A stretch of DNA of 37,377 bases, taken from the sequence record SRR31156797_3142; one strand, written 5' to 3'. The stretch's first letter is position 1, and each line of letters begins with the position of its first letter. The notes below the pieces were generated by a model that was not told where the DNA came from, did no database searches, and saw only the letters and a program-made list of their open reading frames with translations. Shown here one piece after another: positions 1-8,654 of the stretch. Both the position numbers and the translations under genes were made by a program.

Positions 1-43
1 AAAAAGGGTTTAAGAATCCCAAAACTTTTCATTAGGCTTCGCC
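1..43. repeat. Right part of a palindromic extragenic (REP-like) repeat, truncated by the window start
   Basis: AAAAGGGTTTAAG (2-14) is the exact reverse complement of CTTAAACCCTTTT at 37358-37370; the segment ends in GGCTTCGCC (35-43), partly shared with the 15822-15837 remnant. Confidence 0.55.
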
Positions 44-72
44 ATTTCAAAAAACAATCGTCATAGACCATA

Positions 73-106
73 AAAGCTCCCTCTTGCGTTTGCAGGAGGG
101 AGCTTT
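73..106 (-). terminator. Intrinsic terminator downstream of the 261-aa gene (possibly bidirectional)
   Basis: Inverted repeat AAAGCTCCCTC-TTGCGTTTGCAG-GAGGGAGCTTT flanked by A/T runs, about 25 nt past the stop at 130. Confidence 0.8.
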
Positions 107-129
107 ATTTTTCGACTTAATACTAATTC

Positions 130-915
130 CTAAACAACTTCATCAACATAAGTTCCCGGCGGAGGAACCACACCAACGGAAGCACTGCCGCCCTCCACAG
201 TCTGGGTAGATTCTCCGGTCTGCTCAACCTTCTTGTCACCTTCCGGCGCAACAGCACTTGCAGCCGCCACCGTACTTACCTGCTCAGCAGCCTGAACATT
301 CCCGGCGACTGTCTGGGGTTCATCCTGCTCGTTGCCTTTTAAAATTTTATCGCCCTTGGCTTCAGTTGCCTCTTCTACTTTCTCCGCGATTTCCTCGGTA
401 AGCTCATCGGGATCAGGGTCAGCATCCAGAACCTGCTTGGCTCCCTCAGGCATGAGCTTCTCTTCGATCTTTTCCTCGACCTTCTGCTCCTGCTCTTTTT
501 CCTCTTCCTTGCGCTCCTGCTCCAGCTTCTCTTCCATCTTCTCGCCGGTATAATCCTCAGCCTCTTCCTTAGCCGCTTCTTCCGCTTTCATCCCTACAAG
601 CGTCAATGCAGCATAATTTCCCGGAGAACTGGCCTTCACCAAATCCGCTTCAGCCTGATAAACATCAACCACACTCTGCATACGGCTGCGGAATTCATTC
701 GCCACATCATAGGAAGTCATCAATCCAGTTATATAACGGGATTGTTCGCGGTCATGCTGAAAAAAGCTGTCCGCCATCATGTTGCGGGTAGAAGATGAAT
801 GGCTCTGATTTTCTTGGGTTCCAACTTGCTGATGAGTAGAATTTTCCTCTTCCTCAACAGGTTTCTTCATATTGAAAATATTAAATTTAAAGCCCGAAGA
901 TTCATCGATTCTCAT
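130..915 (-). CDS. Hypothetical acidic, Glu/Lys-rich coiled-coil protein, candidate sigma-28 regulon member
   Basis: 261-aa ORF with GAGG before the ATG, low-complexity E/K/Q stretches, C-terminal GTYVDEVV, upstream sigma-28-type promoter and downstream terminator. Confidence 0.8.
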   Translation of the reverse strand: MRIDESSGFKFNIFNMKKPVEEEENSTHQQVGTQENQSHSSSTRNMMADSFFQHDREQSRYITGLMTSYDVANEFRSRMQSVVDVYQAEADLVKASSPGNYAALTLVGMKAEEAAKEEAEDYTGEKMEEKLEQERKEEEKEQEQKVEEKIEEKLMPEGAKQVLDADPDPDELTEEIAEKVEEATEAKGDKILKGNEQDEPQTVAGNVQAAEQVSTVAAASAVAPEGDKKVEQTGESTQTVEGGSASVGVVPPPGTYVDEVV

Positions 916-965
916 GGCTGGCCTCGGATACTTGGATTTTAGAGGTTAACTGCGCATCGATATTA

Positions 966-992
966 TTTTCGGCATAAATTAATATTTCTTTA
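966..992 (-). promoter_or_regulatory. Sigma-28 (FliA)-type promoter
   Basis: Minus strand reads TAAA-N15-GCCGAAAA (consensus TAAA-N15-GCCGATAA), 50 nt upstream of the ATG at 915. Confidence 0.7.
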
Positions 993-1167
993 GGGTGGGG
1001 AAAGGAAGATTTTTCCTCCCCCCTTGCCATCCCCCCCACAGGTATTATGTTCTGGTAACCAAAAATTTCACGCCGCTATGAATATATATCCCCCGGCGTA
1101 ATTATTGAATTCATAAACAAATTGAACTCAATCCGTCATATTGAAATAGATGAATCAGGAGATGAAT

Positions 1168-1707
1168 ATGGAAATGAGAGGAACAACCATTCTGGCCGTT
1201 AAGGACGAGAAAGGCACTGCCATGATCGGTGACGGTCAGGTCACTATGGGACAGGCTGTGGTGATGAAACATTCCGCAGTCAAAGTCCGTACCCTTTACA
1301 ATGATCAGGTCATTGCCGGATTCGCCGGGGCGACCGCTGATGCCTTCACCCTTTTTGAACGCTTTGAAAAGAAACTCAAAACCTACTCCGGCAACCTTGT
1401 GCGCTCTGCCGTTGAGATGGCTACTGACTGGCGCACAGATAAATTCCTGCGCAAGCTTGAAGCAATGATCATGGTTGCTGATGCCGAGCACATCCTCATC
1501 ATCAGTGGTAACGGCGATGTTATCGAACCTGACGACGGTGTTGCTGCAATCGGTTCAGGTGGCTCCTACGCCCTTTCCGCGGCCCGTGCGCTCATGCGCA
1601 ACACTGAAATGCCCGCTGCGGACGTCGCGCAGAAATCCATGGAAATCGCCAGTGAAATCTGCGTTTACACCAACGACCATTTTGTTCTCAAAACCCTTGA
1701 AAAATAA
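1168..1707 (+). CDS. hslV: ATP-dependent protease subunit HslV (ClpQ)
   Basis: TTILAV N-terminal-nucleophile Thr, [30 protein letters not shown] motifs. Start moved from 1150 to ATG 1168 because AGGAG lies at 1157-1161. Confidence 0.97.
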   Translation: MEMRGTTILAVKDEKGTAMIGDGQVTMGQAVVMKHSAVKVRTLYNDQVIAGFAGATADAFTLFERFEKKLKTYSGNLVRSAVEMATDWRTDKFLRKLEAMIMVADAEHILIISGNGDVIEPDDGVAAIGSGGSYALSAARALMRNTEMPAADVAQKSMEIASEICVYTNDHFVLKTLEK

Positions 1708-1726
1708 AATTTCGCGAGCCTAACAA

Positions 1727-3103
1727 ATGAGCAATCTTACACCTAGAGAAATCGTTTCTGAACTGGATAAATTCATCATCGGCCAGTCCGATGCCAAACG
1801 GATGGTTGCCATTGCCATGCGTAACCGTTGGCGCCGTCAGCAGCTTCCGCCGGAACTGCGCGACGAAATCGCACCCAAGAACATCATCATGATGGGACCT
1901 ACCGGTGTAGGTAAAACTGAAATCGCCCGCCGTCTAGCCAAACTTGCCGGATGCCCGTTCTTCAAGGTCGAAGCCACCAAATTCACCGAAGTGGGTTACG
2001 TTGGTCGCGACGTTGAATCCATGGTCCGTGACCTGATGGAAATCGGCATCAACCTTGTGCGCAAAGAAGAAATGGAAAAAGTCAAAGTCAAGGCTGAAAA
2101 ACACGCTGAAGACGCATTGCTCGATATCCTCCTGCCCTCCTCCAAGCCCAAACAGCCCGGCATGGGATTCTTCAATCCCGCTGCCCCGGAAGAACAGCAG
2201 CAGGAACAGCCCGCAGCTGACCAGTCCTCCACCCGAGAAAAATTCCGCAAAATGTGGCGCGAAGGAAAACTTGATGACCGCGAAGTGGAAATCGAAGTGT
2301 CCGTACAGGGTGGCGGCGTGGAAATCATGTCCATGCCAGGTATGGAAGACATGGGCATGCAGGTCAACGACATGATCGGCAAGATGTTCCCCAACAAGAA
2401 AAAAATGCGCAAGGTCAAAATCCGCGAGGCTTACGATATCCTCATCCAGCAGGAATCCGACAAACTCATCGACATGGACAACGTGGCAGAACTGGCCCGT
2501 GAACGTGTTGAACAGGGCGGCATCCTCTTCCTTGATGAAATCGACAAGATCGCAGGCAATCAGGAAGGCGGCGGCTCTGCAAACGTCTCTCGCGAAGGTG
2601 TACAACGCGACCTGCTGCCCGTGGTTGAAGGCTGCGTAGTCAACACCAAATACGGCATGGTCAAGACCGACCATATCCTGTTCATCTCCGCAGGCGCGTT
2701 CAGCTACGCCAAACCCTCTGACCTGATCCCCGAACTTCAGGGCCGTTTCCCCCTGCGCGTAGAACTGACATCCCTCGACAAAGAAGACTTCTACCGCATC
2801 CTCACCGAACCGCAGAATGCCCTGACCGTTCAGTATAAAGCCCTGCTGGAAACCGAGAACCTGACCATTGACTTCAGCCGGGAAGCACTTGAAGAAGTGG
2901 CTCTCAACGCCCAGAAATTCAATGAGGAAACCGAAAATATCGGTGCGAGAAGACTTTACACCATCATGGAAAAAATCCTCTCCGACCTCTCCTTTGAAGC
3001 CCCGGACCGTTCCGGCGATTCAATTGTTATTGACAAGGAATATGTACAGAAACAACTGCAAGACGTAACAGAAGACAGAGATCTTTCACGCTACATCCTG
3101 TAG
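1727..3103 (+). CDS. hslU: ATP-dependent protease ATPase subunit HslU (ClpY)
   Basis: [11 protein letters not shown], Walker [24 protein letters not shown], Walker [25 protein letters not shown]-terminal DLSRYIL; directly follows hslV. Confidence 0.98.
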   Translation: MSNLTPREIVSELDKFIIGQSDAKRMVAIAMRNRWRRQQLPPELRDEIAPKNIIMMGPTGVGKTEIARRLAKLAGCPFFKVEATKFTEVGYVGRDVESMVRDLMEIGINLVRKEEMEKVKVKAEKHAEDALLDILLPSSKPKQPGMGFFNPAAPEEQQQEQPAADQSSTREKFRKMWREGKLDDREVEIEVSVQGGGVEIMSMPGMEDMGMQVNDMIGKMFPNKKKMRKVKIREAYDILIQQESDKLIDMDNVAELARERVEQGGILFLDEIDKIAGNQEGGGSANVSREGVQRDLLPVVEGCVVNTKYGMVKTDHILFISAGAFSYAKPSDLIPELQGRFPLRVELTSLDKEDFYRILTEPQNALTVQYKALLETENLTIDFSREALEEVALNAQKFNEETENIGARRLYTIMEKILSDLSFEAPDRSGDSIVIDKEYVQKQLQDVTEDRDLSRYIL

Positions 3104-3133
3104 CAGACTTTATATTTATATTAATTTAACAGT

Positions 3134-3167
3134 AAAGCGGGACAGTTGTATGACTGTCCCGCTTTTT
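3134..3167 (+). terminator. Intrinsic terminator of hslVU
   Basis: AAAGCGGGACAGT-TGTATG-ACTGTCCCGCTTT followed by T run. Confidence 0.88.
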
Positions 3168-3278
3168 AGTATTTTTATAAATTGAGGCTCATACGGATCT
3201 GTGCTATACGCTCAAGGGACATCTGGCCGATAGTATTTTAATAATATATTCTGACACATAAGAAACAAAATAGACAAC

Positions 3279-4025
3279 ATGACTGCAAGCGAAAACTCCA
3301 TGCCCAAAATAAAGGGCACCTTTTCCACAAAATTAATACAGGAAATCGGGACCGGAACGACTAAGAGAAAAGTCATCCAGTCTTTTCTGTATTATGCAGA
3401 GGAAAAAGATAACGGAGAAGTCGGCTTACGGGTGCTTAACGAAAATGATGTCCCTTCCGGTGAAGAGCAGATTATCAGCAAAGAAGAACTGCTGGAATCA
3501 TTTACCCCGGAAGTTGAGCTTTATACGTCTACAGTGTTTCCAGCTATCCAGAAGCTGAATAAAACACTTGCCAAGGCTGACCGTCAGCGTCAGGAAGGCA
3601 ATACCTTTACCGCTGAAATGGAATACGGTAAGGCCCTTAGTATTGATGAAGATAATATCAGGGCTAATTTCGGCATCGGCCTCTGCTATCTTGACCGCAA
3701 TGAAGCAGATAAAGCCACAGATGTGTTCAGCAGATTAATCGAACTGAATGCAGCCTTTGAACGCCGGCATAAACACCTCTTTAATGATTTCGGCATTTCC
3801 CTGCGTAAAAACAAGATGTTTGACGAGGCAGTTAATTTTTATTCCAGAGCAGTAGGGCTGACCGATAACGACGAAAATCTCTATTTTAATATAGCGCGCT
3901 GCCTTTATGAAAAAGGGGACCGTAAAGGAGCCCTCGAAAATACTGATAAATGCCTCGGAATCAATCCCGATTCTGGCCCGGCCATGAAACTTAAGAAGTA
4001 TTTGAAAAAGAAAATCGCTGTCTGA
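3279..4025 (+). CDS. Tetratricopeptide repeat protein
   Basis: TPR-like helices (ANFGIGLCYL, LFNDFGISLRKNKMFDEAVNFYSRAV, LYFNIARCLYEKG) after an N-terminal domain of unknown function; the start could be 3279 or 3300. Confidence 0.85.
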   Translation: MTASENSMPKIKGTFSTKLIQEIGTGTTKRKVIQSFLYYAEEKDNGEVGLRVLNENDVPSGEEQIISKEELLESFTPEVELYTSTVFPAIQKLNKTLAKADRQRQEGNTFTAEMEYGKALSIDEDNIRANFGIGLCYLDRNEADKATDVFSRLIELNAAFERRHKHLFNDFGISLRKNKMFDEAVNFYSRAVGLTDNDENLYFNIARCLYEKGDRKGALENTDKCLGINPDSGPAMKLKKYLKKKIAV

Positions 4026-4062
4026 TCCTAACTTTTCCACTCCCAACTGATTCGCACCCTAT

Positions 4063-4099
4063 AGTCCCTCTTAATCATTTATTAAGAAGGACTTTTTTT
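4063..4099 (+). terminator. Intrinsic terminator after the TPR gene
   Basis: AGTCCCTCTTAAT-CATTT-ATTAAGAAGGACT (one mismatch) followed by a T run. Confidence 0.65.
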
Positions 4100-4155
4100 C
4101 CGCCCGCCCCCCAAAGGCAACTAACAAACCCTTGATATTACTTAACACAAACTTT

Positions 4156-4171
4156 AGGCACGCCCCTTGCT
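4156..4171 (+). promoter_or_regulatory. Sigma-54 (-24/-12) promoter of flgE
   Basis: AGGCACGCCCCTTGCT: GG at 4157-4158, exactly 10 nt, GC at 4169-4170; close to the TGGCAC-N5-TTGC consensus and about 100 nt upstream of the start. Confidence 0.8.
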
Positions 4172-4268
4172 TAAGTACTGGTGACCGGATTTTTATTCCG
4201 GGCCAAAGGTTAAACAGGTGCAGGCGGAGTCACAGTTTATAGTGCCGCACCTATCAAGGAGTTCAGTC

Positions 4269-5855
4269 ATGGGTTTCAGCTCAATGTATACAGCCGCGAC
4301 GGGCGTAAAGTCACACGGAGTGCTGCTGCAGCAGATCGGTGCCAACCTTGCCAACGTCAATACCACTGCCTACAAAAGCGGCGACACATTTCTTGAAACA
4401 CTCGCCAGCCAGAGTTCGGGCAAAGCAACTTCCGGAATAGTTTCCGGCGGAATCCACACCCCGGGCCAGATCGGACTGGGAACAAGGGTTGCGGCCACCA
4501 GAATCAATTTCAAGGAAGGCTCTTTTGAGACCACTAATTCCAGCACTGATATTGCCATCGGCGGTCAGGGGTTTTTCCGTGTGGCCGATCCGGCCTCAAG
4601 CACCAGCCGCTATACTCGTGCGGGCAGCTTCCACTTTGATAAAAACGGACAGCTAGTAGACTCTCACGACAACATTCTTCAAGGTTACAAGATAGACGAG
4701 GATGGCAACATTGGTACCACCTCGCAAAATATTGTGCTGCCCATGAAAGAAGAAACCGATGCATACGGAAATACTGTCAAGGTTGTAAAATCTGATCCCA
4801 AAGGCACTGATGCAGTGAGCATGCGAACCAACCTTGATTCCGGAGCTGTGGACAACAGCAGCAGCGAAGACTCTCCTTTCTTTTCCCTGCTTCAGGAATG
4901 GGACGGTACCAGCGACACCCCGCTGACTGCCGATAAATATGAATACAATAGCTCCATACAAATTTACGATGACAACGGTAACAAGCACGATCTGATCGTA
5001 TACTTCGACAAAGTTATAAATGATGGTGACAGTTCCGACAAACGGCACTGGGAATACATTGTGACCGTTCCCCCTGGCAGTGATGCCAGTGCATTGACCG
5101 GAACTTCCGGTGCCGGACTGGTCATGGCCGGGACGCTTACATTTTCCGGTGACGGAGCCTTGCTCAACCAGAGCGCCTTCACCCTTGCAGCCGGATCAAC
5201 TGACGGCAAGGACCTTGGCAGTTGGGAACAGGCAGCCCTGAACAGTAATGGACAACCGACTTTCAATGTGACTCTTTCCGGGGCAAGCGGAGCCGCTGCA
5301 GCCCAGAACATATCCCTTGATATGGGTATCACTTCAGGAACCGACTCCTGGGATACTACCGGAGTTACCGCAGCGGATGTAGGCAGTAACGCATCATCCC
5401 TGCCAGGTATGACTGACGGTAAGCTTAACGCCCTTGCCACCACCGACTACTACGGTTCATCATCAACCATCAGCCAGTCGCAGGACGGATTCGGAGAAGG
5501 ATACCTCCAGAACGTATCCTTCAATTCCGATGGAATTTTAAGCGCCCTGTTCTCCAACGGGATGAGCCAAGACCTCTACCAAGTCAACCTGTACAATTTT
5601 AAGAACGAATACGGGCTGCGCCGGGAAGGCTCCAACTACTTCAGTGCCACAACAGAATCAGGAAGTGCAATTCAGGGTGTGGCCCGTAAGGATGGACTCG
5701 GCTCTGTAGTCAGCAACAGTTTGGAGACCTCAAACGTTGATCTGGCGGATGAATTTGCTTACATGATTCTAACCCAGCGCGGTTTTCAGGCAAACTCCAA
5801 GGGAATCACCACCACGGATTCAATGATCAACACAGCACTAGGAATCAAGAAGTAG
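4269..5855 (+). CDS. flgE: Flagellar hook protein FlgE (stand-alone copy)
   Basis: N-terminal ANLANVNTTAYK, DIAIGGQGFF, YTRAGSFHFD, IYDDNGNKHDL, C-terminal LETSNVDLADEFAYMILTQRGFQANSKGITT. Start set to ATG 4269 after AAGGAG instead of GTG 4218. Confidence 0.9.
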   Translation: MGFSSMYTAATGVKSHGVLLQQIGANLANVNTTAYKSGDTFLETLASQSSGKATSGIVSGGIHTPGQIGLGTRVAATRINFKEGSFETTNSSTDIAIGGQGFFRVADPASSTSRYTRAGSFHFDKNGQLVDSHDNILQGYKIDEDGNIGTTSQNIVLPMKEETDAYGNTVKVVKSDPKGTDAVSMRTNLDSGAVDNSSSEDSPFFSLLQEWDGTSDTPLTADKYEYNSSIQIYDDNGNKHDLIVYFDKVINDGDSSDKRHWEYIVTVPPGSDASALTGTSGAGLVMAGTLTFSGDGALLNQSAFTLAAGSTDGKDLGSWEQAALNSNGQPTFNVTLSGASGAAAAQNISLDMGITSGTDSWDTTGVTAADVGSNASSLPGMTDGKLNALATTDYYGSSSTISQSQDGFGEGYLQNVSFNSDGILSALFSNGMSQDLYQVNLYNFKNEYGLRREGSNYFSATTESGSAIQGVARKDGLGSVVSNSLETSNVDLADEFAYMILTQRGFQANSKGITTTDSMINTALGIKK

Positions 5856-5881
5856 TTCCGAGATTTAAATCATCAAAAATA

Positions 5882-5912
5882 AAGCCCCCATTGGAAAATC
5901 CAATGGGGGCTT
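5882..5912. terminator. Bidirectional terminator between flgE and the rubrerythrin-like gene
   Basis: AAGCCCCCATTGGA-AAA-TCCAATGGGGGCTT perfect 14-bp stem between convergent genes. Confidence 0.85.
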
Positions 5913-5939
5913 CTTCATGTCTTGCCTGAACGCTTTAAA

Positions 5940-6413
5940 CTAACTCAGTTTTTCAGCCAGCATACGCAGATGCTTACGTTCTTCGTCAATGCATTCCTCA
6001 ACAAATTTACGCTCTGCATCAGGAACCATTCTTTTCAACTCAGTGAAAAGAAGAATAGTGTCCTTTTCAAAACGCATGGCCGCGCGCACAGCCTGCTCAA
6101 AATTGAAAGTCTCATCCTTGAAAGCCTCGGTGTAATCAAAATTGAATACATCGTGGGAATCGACAAGGGCCATCACATACTGGGTATATTCTTCATAGTC
6201 GCTTCCCGGAGGAACCTCTACGGAACCGATACGGTCACGCATATCGCGGAAAAAAAGTTCATGCCGGGACTCTTCCTCGGCAAAGAACTCGAAAAATTCC
6301 TTTGCCCCGGGATCTTTTGCCTCATCTGCAGCCAACAGGTAGAAAGCCTGTCCTTTCTGCTCAATACGCATTGCAAGTTCTGCCACTTCATTAGCACTAA
6401 AAAAGGTTACCAT
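5940..6413 (-). CDS. Ferritin-like / rubrerythrin-family di-iron protein (no rubredoxin domain)
   Basis: AMRIEQKGQAFY..EEESRH and AMRFEKDTILLF..DEERKH di-iron motifs; start set to ATG 6413 after GAGGTG. Confidence 0.9.
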   Translation of the reverse strand: MVTFFSANEVAELAMRIEQKGQAFYLLAADEAKDPGAKEFFEFFAEEESRHELFFRDMRDRIGSVEVPPGSDYEEYTQYVMALVDSHDVFNFDYTEAFKDETFNFEQAVRAAMRFEKDTILLFTELKRMVPDAERKFVEECIDEERKHLRMLAEKLS

Positions 6414-6732
6414 ATTGTACACCTCGTAAATTAAAAACTTCCTGTGGAAATCGATTTATTTATGATTTATCTTTAAACAAATCAGCCAAATCTCTGCAAA
6501 CAGATGGTCATTGATTTTTAATATTAACCAGAGTTCTCAAAAGCGCAACCGGAATAAGTTATATTTTTAGCGAACAACCTTTGCCATTTTTATCATTCAA
6601 GAATATAAAAAGATAATGGATTTCTTCTAAAAAAAATTGCACAAATAACTTTTAATCGACAAGCTAAATTTTGGTTACCGGGATATTCTGGAGCCCAAAC
6701 CATCTTAAATAAATCCGCCAAAGGTGAGAAAA

Positions 6733-8322
6733 ATGACTGAAGATTTACAAGAAGATGTGGCCCTGCAACATTTCGTGGAACAATCTCTGGACAAACTGGA
6801 TCAGATCGAAAATGTACTCATTGAGATGGAAAAAAGTCCATCCCCTTCTGCTGCCTCAGTTGCACAGGTATACGGAATACTGGTCTCCCTCAAAGAAAGC
6901 GCATCACTGCTTGAGCTGACCAACATCAGTCGAGTGGCCGACAAAATCGGCAAAGTTCTTGATCAGGTTTTCAAAAATGAGATTGAACTCAACAACGACC
7001 TGCTAAATATAATCATCGACTCATTCGACAAGCTCAATGAGATAGTCAGTAACGCCACTCTGAGTGACGATTTCGACATTCGCATAATTACCCTGCCCCT
7101 TGAAATGTATTCCAAGCCCGGAACAGCTTCAGCAGCAAAAGTGCAAGAAGAGACAGAAAAGCCCGCTCCTGCACCTGTTCCTGCTCCCGAGACTAAACCG
7201 GAGCCAGTAGCCGAAGTAAAAGAAGCTCCCGCTGAGGAAATTCAAGAAATCGCCCCTGCAACAGAAACCAAACCCGGTAAAACACTCAGCCCTGCTGCTT
7301 TTCGTAAAAAATACGGGATAAAAAAAGAGATCGACCTTGCCAGCAACTCCAATCCGCTGGGAGTTTCAAAAGCCGTTTCAAACGCCATCGTCAACATGGC
7401 CAACAACTGCTCCGCCTTTGAAAATGGTTCTACGGACAGTCTCAGATTCGGTCTTGCAAAACGTCATGATGTGCCTGAAGAGTGCGTACTTATGGCCGGA
7501 GGAGCTGTTGAAATTCTCGATCTGGCCATACGCTTATCCGCCATACCGGGGGTAGACCATGTACTCAGCTATGAATACGGTATGCCCGAATACAGCAGCG
7601 TCGCTGCCTTATGTGGAGTCGAACTGCTGCGCCTTCCCAGAGGCCGAAACTTTTCACCGCCCTTGGACCAGTTGGTAACAACAGCCAATGAGAACACTGC
7701 CGCAGTCATCATCACCAACCCGGATAAACCATCCGGTTATGGCCTGCCGGCTGAAGAACTCGCTACCATGGCCAACCTGCTGCCGAAACGGACCCTGCTC
7801 ATTGTCGATGAAAGGTCTGTGGAATTTTCATGGCCTGAAGACGACTACTCCATGGTCAATTTTCTGGATAAAGCCCCAAATCTGGTTATCCTGCGCAGCT
7901 TCTCATGGTCATTCGGCCTCAAGGGAGTCCGGCTTGGATACGCGCTCATGAACAGCGAAAGAGCCAAGCAGTTTGAAGAATCCAGACTTCCCACTCCCAT
8001 CAGTCCCTTGAATATTGGAGCAGGACTGGCAGCGCTCAACCACAACGAATTCTACTACTCCACCATAGCCCTGATCATCAGGGGCAGAGAACGTGTCCAT
8101 AAAGGATTGGAAGAACTGGGCTGCACAGTCTACCCCAGCCAGAGTAATTTCATCATGTTCAGCGCTCCCGTCCCTGCAAAACAACTGTATGTAGAAATGT
8201 TAGACCATGGGTTCAAACTGAGAGCATTGGATGAGTTCGGACTCCCGGACCTACTCACAGTTTCCATCGGCAACAACTCCCGTAACCGTATGTTTCTCGC
8301 AGCCTTGAAAAACATTTTATAA
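6733..8322 (+). CDS. Fusion of a degenerate Hpt (CheA P1-like) domain, a Pro/Ala/Glu linker and a degenerate HisC/CobD-like PLP aminotransferase fold
   Basis: N-term FVEQSLDKLDQIENVLIEMEK..VYGILVSLKESASLLELTNISRVADKIGKVLD resembles CheA P1; C-term IDLASNSNPLG, ITNPDKPSG, LIVDERS, LRSFSWSFGLKGVRLGY, VYPSQSNFI, VSIGN resemble HisC. Start ATG 6733 after AAGGTG (or GTG 6724). Confidence 0.85.
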   Translation: MTEDLQEDVALQHFVEQSLDKLDQIENVLIEMEKSPSPSAASVAQVYGILVSLKESASLLELTNISRVADKIGKVLDQVFKNEIELNNDLLNIIIDSFDKLNEIVSNATLSDDFDIRIITLPLEMYSKPGTASAAKVQEETEKPAPAPVPAPETKPEPVAEVKEAPAEEIQEIAPATETKPGKTLSPAAFRKKYGIKKEIDLASNSNPLGVSKAVSNAIVNMANNCSAFENGSTDSLRFGLAKRHDVPEECVLMAGGAVEILDLAIRLSAIPGVDHVLSYEYGMPEYSSVAALCGVELLRLPRGRNFSPPLDQLVTTANENTAAVIITNPDKPSGYGLPAEELATMANLLPKRTLLIVDERSVEFSWPEDDYSMVNFLDKAPNLVILRSFSWSFGLKGVRLGYALMNSERAKQFEESRLPTPISPLNIGAGLAALNHNEFYYSTIALIIRGRERVHKGLEELGCTVYPSQSNFIMFSAPVPAKQLYVEMLDHGFKLRALDEFGLPDLLTVSIGNNSRNRMFLAALKNIL

Positions 8323-8336
8323 ACTTGGAGGATTCC

Positions 8337-8654
8337 ATGTTGAAGAAAGTTCTTCTAAGCAGCATCTTGCTTCTCCTTCTGGCAGGATGTTCTGGCCATA
8401 GCACCAGCATGCAGGATGTAAGCTCATTTTGCAGATCACTCTCCACAGAGGAATTCTGCGGAGCTCAGGATTCCCTGTGCGCAAAATATTCCGAGATCAT
8501 GATTGCTCCATACAAATCCGCTAAAGAATGCCGTGTTAGCTGTGAAAGCGTGCGTATGAAAATGAACTCCAGCCCCGACCAGCAGGATTGCCTGCAGCTG
8601 CTTCAAAGCGTGGAAGGAAAATGCAACGAGTTCTGCAACTCAAATTACGAATAA
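8337..8654 (+). CDS. Small Cys-rich lipoprotein, unknown function
   Basis: GGAGG RBS, signal peptide MLKKVLLSSILLLLLAG-C with LAGC lipobox, 8 further Cys; 14 nt after the preceding stop. Confidence 0.85.
   Translation: MLKKVLLSSILLLLLAGCSGHSTSMQDVSSFCRSLSTEEFCGAQDSLCAKYSEIMIAPYKSAKECRVSCESVRMKMNSSPDQQDCLQLLQSVEGKCNEFCNSNYE

Noticed and set aside
1934-2674. Long antisense ORFs such as this 246-aa one (also inside polA, argC, liv genes, nrdD and the helicase fusion)
   Set aside because: Shadow frames produced by codon bias of well-supported genes on the other strand; no motifs or RBS.
3212-3233. Possible sigma-28 promoter for the TPR gene (TCAAG...GCCGATAG)
   Set aside because: The -10 box is good but the spacer after TCAA is only 10 nt instead of about 15.
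4100-4268. c-di-GMP riboswitch in the flgE upstream region
   Set aside because: AAGGCAA is present, but the GNRA-loop stem, GCAAA junction and tetraloop-receptor stem are not.
6733-8322. Annotation as a functional hisC/cobD, or as a pseudogene
   Set aside because: The PLP lysine and DEAY/NPNNP residues are replaced, so a normal enzyme call is unsupported; the frame is intact with no stops or frameshifts, so a pseudogene call is also unsupported.
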